Positions 38,990-52,811 of a DNA stretch of 64,000 nt are shown here, in pieces. The notes below the pieces were generated by a model. That model was given only the letters and a program-made list of their open reading frames with translations, was not told where the DNA came from and ran no database searches. Position 1 is the stretch's first letter, and the number at the start of each line of letters is the position of its first letter. The stretch is taken from the NCBI GenBank assembly GCA_964016885.1, contig OZ024740.1, positions 287,556,001 to 287,620,000 on the forward strand, written 5' to 3'. The translations under genes were made by a program, and so were the position numbers. The DNA comes from Eledone cirrhosa. Taxonomy: Eukaryota.

Positions 38990-41560
38990 ATAGGCAACAT
39001 AAATGCACATCGCCTGGGGGTCATCTTGGAAGTAGGGCCTCCTGCTCAATGACCTCAGGTCACTGAACATAGTTGTGGAGGCCATCAGCGAGATCAGAAT
39101 CTCCAAGACACGGCCTTTCACACCCATTTTCGGCGGCTTCCAAGAGTACACATGCCCAAGCATGGTGGCGGAGAAGCTGTGTTGTTTCGAAGAGGTCTGC
39201 ATCTTGAGATACAGACCATCTTCTTGGACCCAGAAGGTAGTTGGTGGTGCTGGACATGACCAGCGGAGAAGGGCACACCTTTCAGGTTCGTAGCCATCTA
39301 TGCCCTGACAGGGGCAAGACGGCTTGATTTGTTCCGGTGACAGGAGACCTTTCTTGGAACGTCCCACTGTTTAGTGTTAATGGGCGACTGGATCAGGATC
39401 TTGGATGCATGCTGGGACTGTGTGAGACTAGCAGATAGGGAAGGAGGGTGTAAAAGCCTTGCAAACCTGCTCAAACGGTTCCAACGGTTTGACAAGTTCC
39501 AACTGGATTTCCCGAATGTTTCTGTGTGGATATGAACAAACCACATCAGGTCATCCAGATTATAATCTAGATAGGGTATTCTGTAGGGATATAGACAGAA
39601 CTAACATAGGATGTCCACTTTTCAAGATGGTCAGCTACACAGACCACAAATTTGTGATCTGCGTGGTACACCTAGATAGGATACATAGACAGGGACCTGG
39701 CTACTGTAAACTTAATGCATTGCTCCCAGCACATAAAGTCTACAGTGACCAGATTGGCAAATTAGTTAAGTAGGTGTTGACAGGGGCAGTTGTCAACAAC
39801 AAATAGTGGTTTGCTCTGAAGTAGAATCCATTAGGTTTAGCAAGGTGATAGAAAAGAATATACAAGAGGGAGAACTAGTTAGAAGTCTAAACAAGGTGCT
39901 TCAAAAAGGCATCGCAACCAATGTGCAAGTGACTAGATTGGCCCTCGACCAATTTTTCAATGCTAAGCATGAAGGCTGCATTGTCAGAGCTAGGGTGCAT
40001 GCACTAAGACACGAGGGGATGAAAGCCATTCAATGGGCCTAGGTGGCACAGGTGTGGCATGGAAACTAAGCCACAATCCAGTCTTTGGCACATCATGACG
40101 GGTGCATGCTAGTCAATCCCGAGCAGATGTGTGCAGCCTTTCAGCAGCACTTTGCTCAACTGTTTGGGAGCAATGGCAGGCTGGATCACAAAATGGACTT
40201 TAGTCTCTAGTTTGACAGCCTGCCGTGGCTCTCGGCAATGGAGACGGAGTGCTGCGAAAGGCCGATAACTGCTGCTAAAATACGAGAGGCAATGACTGGC
40301 AATGAGGGGTAAATCGCCTGGTTTGGATGGTCTGCCCTACAAGCTTTACATACACATGCCAGACTTGGCCGGTGACCTCTTGGCAGATGTCTACTGCAAC
40401 TGGCTGCAGAACAAGAGAATTCTTAGTTCTGTGAGCTGAGAAAGGACCTGAACAAGGGGGATAGCGTAAATAATTTCAAGCCCATAACTCTGCTAAATGC
40501 AAAGTTCAAAATTTTTGCCAAAATTTTCAAAATTTTTGCAATGAGGTTGGCGCTTGTTGTTAGGAGTCTTGTAGGAGAGGCGCAGACATGTGCCATTCCC
40601 AAGAGATCCATGCACAACCTTCATCTCATGAGATACATTGTGGAGAGGGTAGCTAAGGAACTTGGCACAGGTGGGGCCCTGATCAATTTAGATCAATCGA
40701 AAGCTTTCAATAGGGTCGATCAACAATACCTGGCTGCCGGCTTTGGGCCTGTTTTCAGAGGGTGGGTCACTGCCATGCACAGCAACATCTGCTCTGTGGT
40801 GAAAGAGAATGGTCACCTTTCAGAACCTTTCAACATCCACCAAGGTTGTCCCCTCTCATCCCTGTTGTATGTTTTGACTCGAGAGCCATTACTGCTCAAA
40901 CTGGAGATGTTGAGGGGCATCTTGCCCGAAACTGGGATGTGAGAGAACTGTGTCAGCTTATGCCGATGACGTCACCATAGTGGTGTCAAACACCAAACAC
41001 ATTGAGGTGATCAGCATTACTCTAAGAGAATATGAGGCGGTGACAGGAGCAAAGATTAACCAGGAAAAGTCAATGGGCTTGCAGCTCAGCACCTGGAGAG
41101 GCATGTTCATTCCATCCAACAACATTGTCGGGCACTGGCCGGACCAGTTAAATTGTTCGGTGTCTGTTTTGGTCCAGACCTCCAGATGGACAGAAACTAC
41201 CATCATCTACTACGATCTGACTATCGTGCCTTGTCCTAAGCCTTGCCTGGCTGCACTGAAGCATTTGCTCTTTTGCTTTTTGTGGAAGGGACACTCTCTG
41301 ATGGTCAGGCAGTTCATCTGCTGTCAACACCTGCTATGTGAAGGACTTTAACAAGGAAGGGCAGGCAGTTTTTATCTGCCTGGTGGCCATGGTGAAAGAG
41401 GTCTTATCATGGATGCGTCTGAAAGAGTTGACGATGGGCACATTCCTCTTTGGTGACACTCTTTTTCAGGTTTCACCTGAAAAGGAAAATCAGGGTGGAG
41501 AGGGAAGTGCTGCTTTCCAACCAGTTTGTTGAAAGGTGGGTGGGACAGGCAAGAATAGCC
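38990..41560 (+). mobile_element. Degraded L1/Tx1-clade LINE ORF2 (AP endonuclease + RT)
   Basis: IGNINAH, AISEIRI, LMGDW, LDRVF, YTDHKFV, GPGYCKLN; KSPGLDGLP, FKPITLLN, LDQSKAFNRV, QGCPLSSLLY, AYADDVT. Confidence 0.85.
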
Positions 41561-41764
41561 CATGTGAATGGGCCTGCCCTGAGCATGTGCCTGTAGTATT
41601 GAAGGACAACTGGGAAAACACGCTTACCCTAGCGGTCAGGGTCACCGTGGCATTTGTTTTTTTAAATGTTTATTTTCTTAATCTCTGTTGTAAATTTTAT
41701 TTTACACAAAAAAAAACACACTGTGTTGTCCTGTACCGTCTTTAGTGTCTCCTTAATGTGAGCT

Positions 41765-41932
41765 CTGACACCATGCTTTGCAGCATAGAGTTATGGCCCT
41801 TTACGTTTTGAGTTCAAATCCGCCGAGGTTAGCTTTGCCGTTCTTCCTTATGGGGTCGATAAAATAAAGCACCAGTAATGCACTGGGGTAACTGCTAGCC
41901 TTGTACCAAAAGTAGAAATATTATTATTATTT
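41765..41932 (+). mobile_element. tRNA-derived SINE (family A), head truncated
   Basis: Family A body and (ATT)n tail. Confidence 0.82.
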
Positions 41933-41999
41933 CCATTATTTTTATTGCACATCATTACCGTTTTACCGAGCACAGCATTGTAGTTTTTGCTGATGTTTC

Positions 42000-42345
42000 T
42001 ATTGTATTGATAGTACTTTTCGTAATGTGTATACATTACTTAGTAGTGCTATCTTTTGTATGCTGTATAATTGTAAGTCCTGGGGTTTTGGCTATGTATT
42101 TGTCTGTGTGTTTTTAATCATTCCTAGAGCACCTATTAATATAGGTATTGTTTCTGTTTTCATTTTCCACATTCGAGTTATTTCTATCTCTAGATCTTTA
42201 TATTTGGAGAGTTTCTCTATTTCCTTGGAAGATATATTGTCATCTGTGGGGATAGATACATCTATTAGAAGGCATTTTTTTCTTTGTGGTCTTTGACTAT
42301 AATATCTGGTCGGTTTGTATTGAAAGTGTACTACTTAATATGTGT
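42000..42345 (-). mobile_element. R4/Dong-clade restriction-like endonuclease fragment
   Basis: Manual translation: NRPDIIVKDHKEKKCLLIDVSIPTDDNISSKEIEKLSKYKDLEIEITRMWKMKTETIPILIGALG. Confidence 0.78.
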
Positions 42346-42532
42346 TCAATACCTAGTAATACTATTTTCTGTATAAGTGTACTGGGAGTTTGTATATTTG
42401 TCTGAATTTATTTTTTATCATTCTCATTATTAGTAGTATAATTATTTATCATATTTTTCAAGTGTCCAATAAAAACAAGCCCTTGGGGTAACAACTTCAA
42501 GTACCACTTAAAGAGGAAGGTGAGAGTAAAGA

Positions 42533-42565
42533 AAGAGAGAGAGTTTGAGAGAGAGAGAGAGAGAG

Positions 42566-42611
<46 letters not shown>

Positions 42612-42621
42612 GGAGAGAGAG

Positions 42622-42684
<63 letters not shown>
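42533..42684. repeat. (GA)n microsatellite
   Basis: Direct reading. Confidence 0.95.
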
Positions 42685-42687
<3 letters not shown>

Positions 42688-43099
42688 TGCCCTCCAGTAA
42701 ATTTCATGAAAGATGAGGGTGATTGGGAGAAATTGGTATGTCTAAACGAAAACTACTCAAACTATGTGACTGTAGATTGGCAGAAAGAACTGGGAGAAGG
42801 CACTTACATTTGGTGTGCCAAAGTAACCTAAAGTTATGTATGTGTGGGGCTGAGAATAAAGGAATCAATGCTTGTTTTTGTACCTTTTAGGGATTCTTTC
42901 TTAATGTTAGTTTGGTGTTCTATATTTTTTATTGTTGCTTATTGTTATCTATTTATTAATGTCTTTATTGTCATTGTTAATTTCACTCTTTTCCTCTCTG
43001 TAAATACTCCCACTATTTCTTGTTTCTTGCTTTTATTTTGGTGTGTGTGTCTGTATACAAGCCTCAAATATCTTCTCTCTTATGGCTAATAAATGAAAT

Positions 43100-43617
43100 C
43101 ATCGGACGCCATGCTTTGCAGCACAGTTACGTCCCTTTACAGATTGAGTTCAAATCCCGCAGAGGTTAACTTTGCCTTTCATCCTTACGGGGTCGATAAA
43201 ATAAAGTACCAGTAATACACTGAGATAATTGCTGGCCTTGTGCTAAAAGTAGAAACAATTATTATTCTTTTACATTGGATTGGCAATATCGTAGAGGGTC
43301 GGACGCCAAGCATAGAGTTACGGCCCTTGCCATTCTGAGTTCAAATCCCACCGAGGTTAACTTTGCCTTTCATCCTTACGGGGTCGATTAAATAAAGTAC
43401 CAGTAATACACTGGGTTAATTGCTGGCCTTGTGCCAAAAATAGAAACAATTATTATTCTTTTACATTCTGAGTTCAAATCCTGCCACGGTTAGCTTTGCC
43501 TTTCATACTTACGGGGTCGATAAAATAAATGACCAATAATGCACTGAGGTCGATTTAATCAACTTTCCCTTCCACTTAAATTGTTGGCCTTGTGTCTTTA
43601 GTAGAAACCATTATTTT
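43100..43617 (+). mobile_element. Three head-to-tail family-A SINEs
   Basis: Units ~43100-43266, 43277-43457 and 43463-43617; ATTATTATTCTTTTACATT at both junctions. Confidence 0.88.
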
Positions 43618-44565
43618 ATCTGTGTAAGAGTGATGGATTGGCAGTTTCAGGAGAGTGGTCAAGAAAATGCTTTGTGGCACTTAATTACAGCTCTTTATGT
43701 TCTGTGTTCAAATGTGAAGACATCTCTGCCTTCCATCTTTCTGGAAAAGGAAGGAGGGATGTCAATAAAATAAGTATCACTAAAGTAATCGACCCTCTTC
43801 TTCACCCACTTATTGATGTAGGCAGAGTCCTCAGACATGCTTTCCAGAGGAAACCATATCCACATTACCTAGCTGAAACCCCAAGTGGGACCAACCGAGC
43901 TCATGGATGCTATTCAAACATTTTGCTCATGGTCTACTTCTTGGTCTCCTGCCGATTGGCTTTGTCCAGTGATTCTTTCCTTATACATTCTAACAATATG
44001 TCCATAATACCAGAGCTGTGATCTCTCAATTTAGAGAAATAGTGATTCTATCAGAAGTGACTCCCTGATCTCTGAGGTGCACACCCTATTGAGTTACATT
44101 ATTCCAAAGACCCTTTGGGGAAAACCAATTTTCTCTCATTACCCACATGATTCCATAGGATAAAGGTAGACATGAACACCAAGTTGAAGACATTTCCTCT
44201 CACTCCAAAATTGCTGGCCTTGTGCCTTTATTATAAACAATTATTTTGTCTATGTAAGTGTATGAGAAGGCTTGTGATGGAACTACAAGTCATTCATTCT
44301 CCTATAAATGACTACATGGATACATCAATCCCACAAGAATGTACCACTTCAATACTTTCATTAACAACAGGATTGGCTACTCTCATTCAAAGAACTCACT
44401 TTTGTTATTTTATATCTTTGTTTTCTCTGCTGATCACACTGGTTGGAGAAGTGAGAAGGTGGCAGAGGAGGAAAGGGAATGTGTTCACAAGGTTCTCTAT
44501 GTAATACAAGAATGTAATGTTAGCACATGGCCAGTAAAAGTAAAAGTACAGAAATAATTTAGTTA

Positions 44566-44647
<82 letters not shown>

Positions 44648-44689
44648 CTACTACTATTACTACTACTACTACCACTACCACCACCACCA

Positions 44690-44760
<71 letters not shown>

Positions 44761-44912
44761 ACTACTGCTACTACTGTTGCTGCTGCTATTACAACTACTG
44801 CTGCTACTACTACTACTACTACTATTACTACTACTAATGCTGCTGCTGTTGCTACTATTACTACTGCTGCTGCTGCTGCTACTGCTGCTGCTGCTACTGC
44901 TGCTGCTGCTGA
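44566..44912. repeat. Compound (ACT/GCT/GAT)n trinucleotide tract
   Basis: Direct reading. Confidence 0.95.
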
Positions 44913-45200
44913 TGACCAGTAAGTGGTCAATCTCCCTTTGGTATAATGATAAAGCAGTTATCTGGCATATAGTAGATGTGTTCAAATCCCACACCTCTAG
45001 GGGTTTATAGTACGGACAACTTGTCAATAATTATGATACTAGTCCAGTACTGGAATCAGTTCTTTACTCTCACATTCTCTTTTTTTCCGGAAGAAATCAG
45101 CTATGTTCAGATCTGGAGAGGGTTGGGTTCCATCAGCTTTAAAATGCCCAGAACGGCATACCCATGACTCCATCAGGGGTTCAGAGCTCATAGATGTATA

Positions 45201-45303
45201 TCATCATCATCATCATCGTCATCGTTTAACGTCTATCTTCCACGCTAGCATGGGTTTAGACGGGAATTGTCCCTCTTGAGGCAAGATTGGTTGTCTTGCT
45301 CGT
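45201..45303 (-). mobile_element. RTE 3' tail fragment
   Basis: (CAT)n-CGTTTAACGTCTATCTTCCACGCTAGCATGGG. Confidence 0.8.
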
Positions 45304-45311
45304 ATATATAA

Positions 45312-45732
45312 TTAATTTAGCTGGCAATCAATGTTTATCATTGATTGACCAACAGTTAAAAATATAGATATAAATATATATAACAAAGAGGGTGTGGTAA
45401 GATACCAGGTGGACCATAACGCACCATTATGTACTATTATGTTTCCTCCCGATATATTGTAATTTCTATCCTATTTTTTATTTATCTATTTATTTATTTA
45501 TTCTTGTCTCTATTTGCACAGGCATTTGTGCAAAAAGAGACAAGAATAAATAAATAAACAAATAAATGAATAGAATAGACATTACAATACAATAGGAGGA
45601 AACATAATAGTACCACTGATGATGTCACAGGTGTGTGATGAAAGCACTTTGATAGACTATATATGCATATTTATATCAATATTTTTAACTATTGGTCAAT
45701 CAATGATAAACATTGATTGCCAGCTAAATTAA
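45312..45732. repeat. Interrupted imperfect palindrome centred at ~45523
   Basis: Inner arms 45431-45520 / 45527-45613; outer arms ~45312-45377 / 45667-45732. Confidence 0.88.
45611..45654 (+). ncRNA. Type I hammerhead motif (same family as 22791 and 54747)
   Basis: TACCA CTGATGA T GTCACA-GGTG-TGTGAT GAAA GCAC TT TGATA. Confidence 0.7.
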
Positions 45733-46180
45733 CTAAGGGTTACAAAATATACAGAAGCGAAAAACGATATATATATATCGAACAAGTTTAAAACAAATTA
45801 GACCATTACTCAATAGAGTACTCAATACTTGGGGGTAGTAGAGTATGGTGATATTATAATTGAAATTATTCTATCTTAAGTGGTACAAACAGATCATATG
45901 GGTGCGCACATAGACACACACATATATACATACTTACTAAACTACATACCTACACACACAACCACTCCCTAAATATATAAAAAATGGATAAAAACATTTC
46001 TGCAACATCCTATGAAGAAACTTTAGAACTAGATAGATAATTTATACCCTTATATGGACAAACCATACCCTAGATTATAGGGCAAGTTAGCTGGTAAGCC
46101 TTTCGGCTAACAGTCCAGGACTAGCTGTTGAAACAACAATAGCTAGGCCACTGGCTCCTGACTATTTATAATATATATAT

Positions 46181-46475
46181 CATCATCATCATCATCATCA
46201 TCATCGTTTATCATCCATTTTTCCATGCCAGCATGGTTTAGACAAGTTGTCCTGTTGCGAGACAAGTCAAGTCAGATGACCATGTCTTGCTCATATAGAA
46301 CTATTTCTGGTGGCTTGGTTTCTATGGCTGAATGCCCTTCCTAATGCCAACCACATTTACAGTGTAGACTGGGTGCTTTTTAACATGGCACCAAAATAAC
46401 CACTTTACTTCGTGGACTGGGTGCTTTTTGTTGCGTCACCAAAAGGACCACTTTACAGTGTGGATTGGGGGTCTA
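46181..46475 (-). mobile_element. RTE 3'-UTR/tail fragment
   Basis: (CAT)n tail, GCCCTTCCTAATGCCAACCACATTTACAGTG block. Confidence 0.75.
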
Positions 46476-47247
46476 AGGTGGATATATGCATATATATGTA
46501 CACAGTATACATACACACATTATATACTTGTAAAAAACAGAAAGGTTGAAGTATTTAAAAGATGTGTAGTGGAACTATGCCGTACCTCGCAATAGCAACA
46601 TTTTCATATGCAATAAGGTTAAACTGACCAATGGTAAATCGCATATGAATACATGGTCACTCTCACTCTCTCTCTCTCTCTGGTCAAAAACCACAGTACA
46701 GAGATGACCAGGAGATGACTACGGATGCGTGAAGAATTATTATAAAATGACTCCTACATTCCTTTCGACAATAAAGATTATATTTATAGAGGATTGAGCA
46801 TTAAAGAGATATTTATTTATATCCTGGAAGTCAGAAGCATGTTACTACCAATTAGAAGTGACCAACTCATCAAGGTATTTCCCTTATATCGTTCGTAATA
46901 ACAAGATCCTTAGAAGATTTTAACTTGCAGTTATAAAAAGATATAGGTAACATTTAACCTCTCATCCTTCCTATAAAATGGTGACCCGACTATAAAGAAT
47001 ATTTCCTTCTCACAAAAAAAAAAAAAATGTTGAGCCAACAATAACAAACGATTTTTTCTTCGCACATGGCATTTTTGTCCAATATAGCGTCTCACCTTCT
47101 TCTTCTTCCTCACTGGTCCCCGCGCTTTTACTTTGGCCAACATAAGTGCACTCTCTACTGTGGCAATGGCACAACGGAAATTTGAAATTTTTTTACATGT
47201 TTTGTTCACAACTATTTTGGTGAAGTTTACGAAGTCTTTCTCCTGCA

Positions 47248-47889
47248 ATGTCAAGTAATTCACTACCGGTGTTTGGCGGGGATGTGCGAATCTGGCTTGC
47301 ACAGATTGAATCATTTTTCCTTGCACGCAATATTTCGTCCGACTCTAGACAGCTCCATCTTTTACTGAGTGCCATTCCTGCTTCCTTAACTTCAATGGTT
47401 AAGGACTTGATTACCGACCTGTCTCCGGAGGCTACCTGTAGCAGCATAAAAAAAGAAATTCTCAACCGCACTTCTGTCTCGGCAGAAAGGAAGTTCCGCA
47501 CTCTAGTTAACGATGTGCATCTTGGCGGCTGTACTCCTACTCAGCTCTTACGGAGGATGAGAGAGCTTGCAGAAGACGCACCAGCTGACAGTGCCATGAT
47601 CAAGCAGCTTTTCTTCTCTAGGTTGCCTCCTAATGTCCAGGCCATGTTGGCAGCTATGACCAAAACCAGTTTGGTGGATCAGTTGGCTTCATCCACTGAT
47701 AAAATCTTGGAGTACTCCAGCAATTCTACCACTACTACTCCATCACGACTTGCAACAAATTCTTCACCTTCTCCTGTCGCATCGGTTTCAGCTAGCGCCA
47801 CCTCGACCAACGAAGCAACACTCAAGGCCACCCGTGACCTAACGAAGGAGGTACAACTTCTTCGTTTATCCAGATCGCGATCTCCCTGA
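47248..47889 (+). pseudogene. gag: Gypsy Gag
   Basis: LPVFGGDVRIWLAQIESFF...LG..PTQLLRRMRELA...LFFSRLP. Confidence 0.85.
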
Positions 47890-48099
47890 CAATGGTCACG
47901 AAATCGCTCAAAATCTTCACATCGTCATTTCCAACCTTCACCATCGCAAGCGTGTTGGTACCATAGACGTTTTGGAGCCTCTGCTCATAAATGTATCCAG
48001 CCTTCTTCTTTTTCACTCCAGGGAAACGGAGTAATGGAGAATTAAGCACGACGTCTTCTCCGCAATCCTGTACTGACAGTCGTGCATTTTTCATTACAG

Positions 48100-50950
48100 A
48101 TTCCTACTCGCACGCTGCCTCATCGACACGGGTGTGTCTTGCAGCATTAAAACTTTAAAACTCTTGAGAGAGAAACCTCCGCTCTCCAGATATCACTACA
48201 AGCTATAAACCATTCAGCTATCCCTACATATGGACAAATCTCTCGCTCTTTGGACCTGGATTTACGTAGAGATTTCTCATGGATTTTCACCATAGCTGAT
48301 TTGCCATATCCTATTCTGGGTGACGATTTTTTGCATTATTACAATCTTATGGTTGATATGTGGGCACGTCGTTTACTAGATGCAACAACGAATCTTTCTG
48401 TACTTGGACGTACTTCAGTAGTCCAGTCTTCTACATCACTGCTTCGGATGACCCGGAATTAACTAATCTGAACTTTGCGGTAGATACCCCTACTCACTCT
48501 ACCATGCATTTTATTGAGAATAAGGGTGCTCCAGTTTTTTCACGCCTGCGTCGCCTTTCTCCAGAAAAATTGAAAGTGGCTAAGGCAGAGTTTAATCGTA
48601 TGCTGTAGTTGGGTATCATTCGCCCTTCTTCCAGTCCATGGGTCTCGCCTTTGCACATGGTACTGAAACGTTCGGGAGACTGGTGTCCCACTGGAGATTT
48701 TCGGCGATTAAATTCGATCACCATGCCGGACCGTTACCCAATTCCTCACATCCAGGATTTCACTTCTTCACTTCACGGATGTACTATCTTTTCGAAATTG
48801 GACTTGATCAGAGCATATCATCAAATTCCTGTGAATCCTGCAGACATTCCTAAAACTGCTGTCACTACACCTTTCAGTGCATTCGAGTTTTTAACAATGC
48901 CTTTTGGATTAGGCAATATTGCTAGTACCTTCCAGCGATTTATGGACGAAGTCGTCCGTGACCTAGATTTTGTATATTGTTACATCAACGATATTCTCAT
49001 CGCGAGTGCTTCACCAGGGGACCATATCTCGCACCTCCACCAACTGTCTGAACGATTTAAGCAGTGCCAAGTTCGTATTAACCCTGCGAAGTGTATTTTC
49101 AGCGCTGCTTCACTCATCTTTTTAGGCCACGTGATTAACTCTGAAGGAATATTCCCACTTCCTGAGAAAGTGAAGGCTCCTCAGGAACTCCCTCCACCTA
49201 CTTCCTTGCGAACGCTGCGGTAGTTCCTGGGCCTCCTAAATTATTATCGACGGTTTATCCTGCATTGTGCAGAACTCTTAGCTCCACTATCTGATCTCCT
49301 GCGTAACAGAAAGAAGAAGAACGAACCAATCGCTTTGGGATCCATGCAACTCAAAGCATTCTCCAAAGCTAAACAGAATTTAGCAAACGCATCTCTGCTT
49401 GCACACCGTGTTTGGTGCCAAGTTTTCGCTGGTTGTGGATGCATCAAGCACAGCAGTAGGTGCAGTATTGCAACAGCATCACCAACAACAGCTTCAACCT
49501 CTTGCTTTCTTTTCAAAGCAGCTAAAGCCCACTGAATCCCGCTATAGCACCTTCGGCTGCGAACTGTTAGCCATTTTTCTTACTGTCAAACACTTTCGGC
49601 ATTCACTGGAAGGCCGACAATTTGCGATCTATACTGACCATCGTCCACTTACGTTCGCACTTAGTTCCAATCCAGACAAATACTCACCTCGAGAAACTCG
49701 TCATTTGGACTTCATATCCCAGTTCACAAATGACATTCGTCATATACCTGGTGAACAAAATACAGCAGCGGATGCCTTATCTCGCCTACCCATCAATGCC
49801 TTGTCAGTACCTGCGAATATTGACTTACATCTTGTGGCTGCAGAACAGCCCACCCTAGAGTCGTTGGATCTGTCTTCACCTGAATTAGCAACCTGCAAAT
49901 TCAAATACCTGCCTGTACCCACTTCGGACTCTCAGATTCTCTGTGATACTGCGACAGATTCACCTCGCCCTCTGGTCCCAGAGACTCATTGTCGAATAGT
50001 TTTTGACTCTCTACATAGTTTGGCACACCCTGGAATTTCCGCCACAGTGAAACTCATTTCAGCTAGATTCTTCTGGCCGAATACGAGACGTGATATCACT
50101 GCTTGGTCACATTCCTGTTTGTCTTGTCAGAAGTCAAAGGTGCATAAACATATTTGCGCACCTCTCGGCACATTTAGCACACCTGACGCATGTTTTTGCC
50201 ACATACATATCGATATCGTGGGACCTTGGCCTGCCAGTCGTGGATGTTCATACATCCTGACCTGCATGCCCTGAAGCCATCCCTCTTAGTGACATAACTA
50301 CTGAATCAGTAGCGCAAGCTCTGTTTTCAGGATGGATATCGCGCTATGGAGTTCCTACCGCTATTACAACAGACGGTGGTAGGCAGTTCGAATCTCAACT
50401 TTTCATGGATCTATCAAAGATCATCAGCGCTCAGCGCATCAGGACTACCAGTTACCATCCTGCATCTAGTGGAATGGTAGGGCGTTTTCATCGCCAGTTA
50501 AAGGCCGCATTGCGTGCCTATCCGGATACTCTACATTGGAGCGACTACCTCCCCATAGTACTACTTGGTATCCGCACTTCAATTAAAGAGGACCTTGGAT
50601 TCTCTCCAGCCGAGCTTTTGTACGGCACTACTTTATCTTTGCCAGGGCAGATGCTTGCCCCAGTTGACCTTGCTACTCAGGACCCTACACTATATGTGAC
50701 CTGTTTGCGTTCATATTTTCAAGTCCTACTTCCTATGAACACTAATCAGTAAGCCATTAAATCTTCGGTTCCGAGGGACATTGCCTCGTGGGTCCATGTT
50801 TTTGTCAGAAATGACACAGTCAGAAGTCCTCTCACTCCACCTTATTCTGGACCCTATCACGTATTTGCATGTACAGATAAACATTTCACCATTGACTTTA
50901 ATGGTCATAAAGACACAGTCTCTATTGACAGACTAAAGCGGGCCTAGACA
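48100..50950 (+). pseudogene. pol: Gypsy Pol (protease, RT, RNase H, integrase) disrupted by stops and frameshifts
   Basis: LIDTG; [44 protein letters not shown]; VDASSTAVGAVL, YTDHRPL; HSLAHPG..CLSCQKSK, HIDIVGP, TTSYHP, RFHRQLK. Confidence 0.92.
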
Positions 50951-51983
50951 GATGCTCTCACACCAGAGCCTCATACTCCCCCCTCCTACAATGTGTGAAT
51001 ATAAACACCACCGCAAGCACCGCAATCACATACAAACTCTCCTTTACCTTCAACATACATCACAACAACTCATAGTCCATTGGCCCAAGAAACTTTGTAA
51101 AACAATTTACATATGAACTATTCTTTTTTTTCTCTTTTTTCTTCATTTTTGTATTTGCTTTGCATGACTTATGTTACCTTTGCAGACATTTTCTCCTCAT
51201 TATGATCGACTGCTTTCCAGTTTAAGCAGAGGGTGATGTAGTGGAACTATGTCGTACCTCGCAATAGCAACATTTTCATATGCAATAAGGTTAAACTGAC
51301 CAATGGTAAATCGCATATGAATACATGGTCACTCTCACTCTCTCTCTCTCTGGTGAAAAACAACAGTACAGAGCCGACCAGGAGATGACTACGGATGCGT
51401 GAAGAATTATTATAAAATGACTCCTACATTCCTTTTCAACAATAAAAATTATATTTATAGAGGATTGAGCATTAAAGAGATATTTATTTATATCCTGGAA
51501 GTCAGAAGCATGTTACTACCAATTAGAAGTGACCAACTCATCGACTAAGGTATTTCTCTTATATCGTTCGTAATAACAAGATCCTTAGAAGATTTTAACT
51601 TGCAGTTATAAAAAGATATAGGTAACATTTAACCTCTCATCCTTCCTATAGATGTATTCATCTACTGCTTACAGTGAGGAGATACTATCATGTACATTAC
51701 TGGAAGTTTACATCCTCCTCTCAAATTAAGACACAAATATTGACTGCCCTGATTCAATTACTATCAGTGGGCGTGGTCTATTTTGATTTCAATTTGTTGT
51801 TTATAAAATCTGTGTTGAATATCAATTAGTAATTATGATAATAAGAGAGAAGAGGGTAGGGTTGAATGAAGTGGCCTCAGTATTATTGTTGGAACTTATT
51901 CGATGAATCCCAGGAGATAGATGAAAGACCCAACTGATCCCCTTTAGGATTTAAAGATAACATTTAATCTTAAGTGGCTGATG

Positions 51984-52014
<31 letters not shown>

Positions 52015-52088
52015 TGCAGATAGAGAGAGACACACACACATTTCTTTTTAAAAATAAAATAAAATACAAAAAGAAGAATATATATATA

Positions 52089-52119
<31 letters not shown>

Positions 52120-52729
52120 GTATGTATGTATGTATGTATGTATAAACACACATGTATATATGCAAATATATATTCTTTCTTCCTTTCAGGTGTAGACTGA
52201 CATCAAATATCTTACTCCTCACCACCACTGCAACCCTACCAATATTTTACCCTACCCCCACCCACAGAGAACTCCAGGACTGCCACCATTAATGTTAGTA
52301 TGACAGAAGGTTGATCTATAGAGATTGTAGAGATGATAGACTGGAGGAGCATAGATATGCAGTGTGAACAAGAGGTGAGATGGAGGGGAGCCTTAACTAG
52401 TCCTCCCAAGCTACGAAAAAGTTACAAATTCTATGGCATGGGTAACAGCTATGGAATAGGTGGAGTTGACATACTTTTAGCATGCTTACAAACAGTTTAC
52501 AAAGAAAGACAATGATTTCTAGTGAATGTGAGTGATTATTGCTTATAACTGAATAAACAATTTGCAGTGAACTTAAGAGAATTCTATTCTACATAAGGAG
52601 TAAGCTAATTAAGCTTTCTAAACTACTAAACTTGATATTTTTCTTTAAACATGATACAATAATTCTAAAGTCTACAGCAAAATGTTTATTTATTCATATA
52701 TATATATATATGTATACATACACACGCCT

Positions 52730-52790
<61 letters not shown>

Positions 52791-52811
<21 letters not shown>

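Larger units (their letters stand above)
46565..51650 (+). mobile_element. Full-length, decayed Gypsy/Ty3 LTR retrotransposon
   Basis: LTRs 46565-46975 and 51237-51650 (roughly 97% alike by eye); TSD GATG; tRNA-Trp-type PBS TGGTGACCCGAC 46979-46990; PPT AAGCAGAGGGTGA; order gag-PR-RT-RNaseH-IN. Confidence 0.96.
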
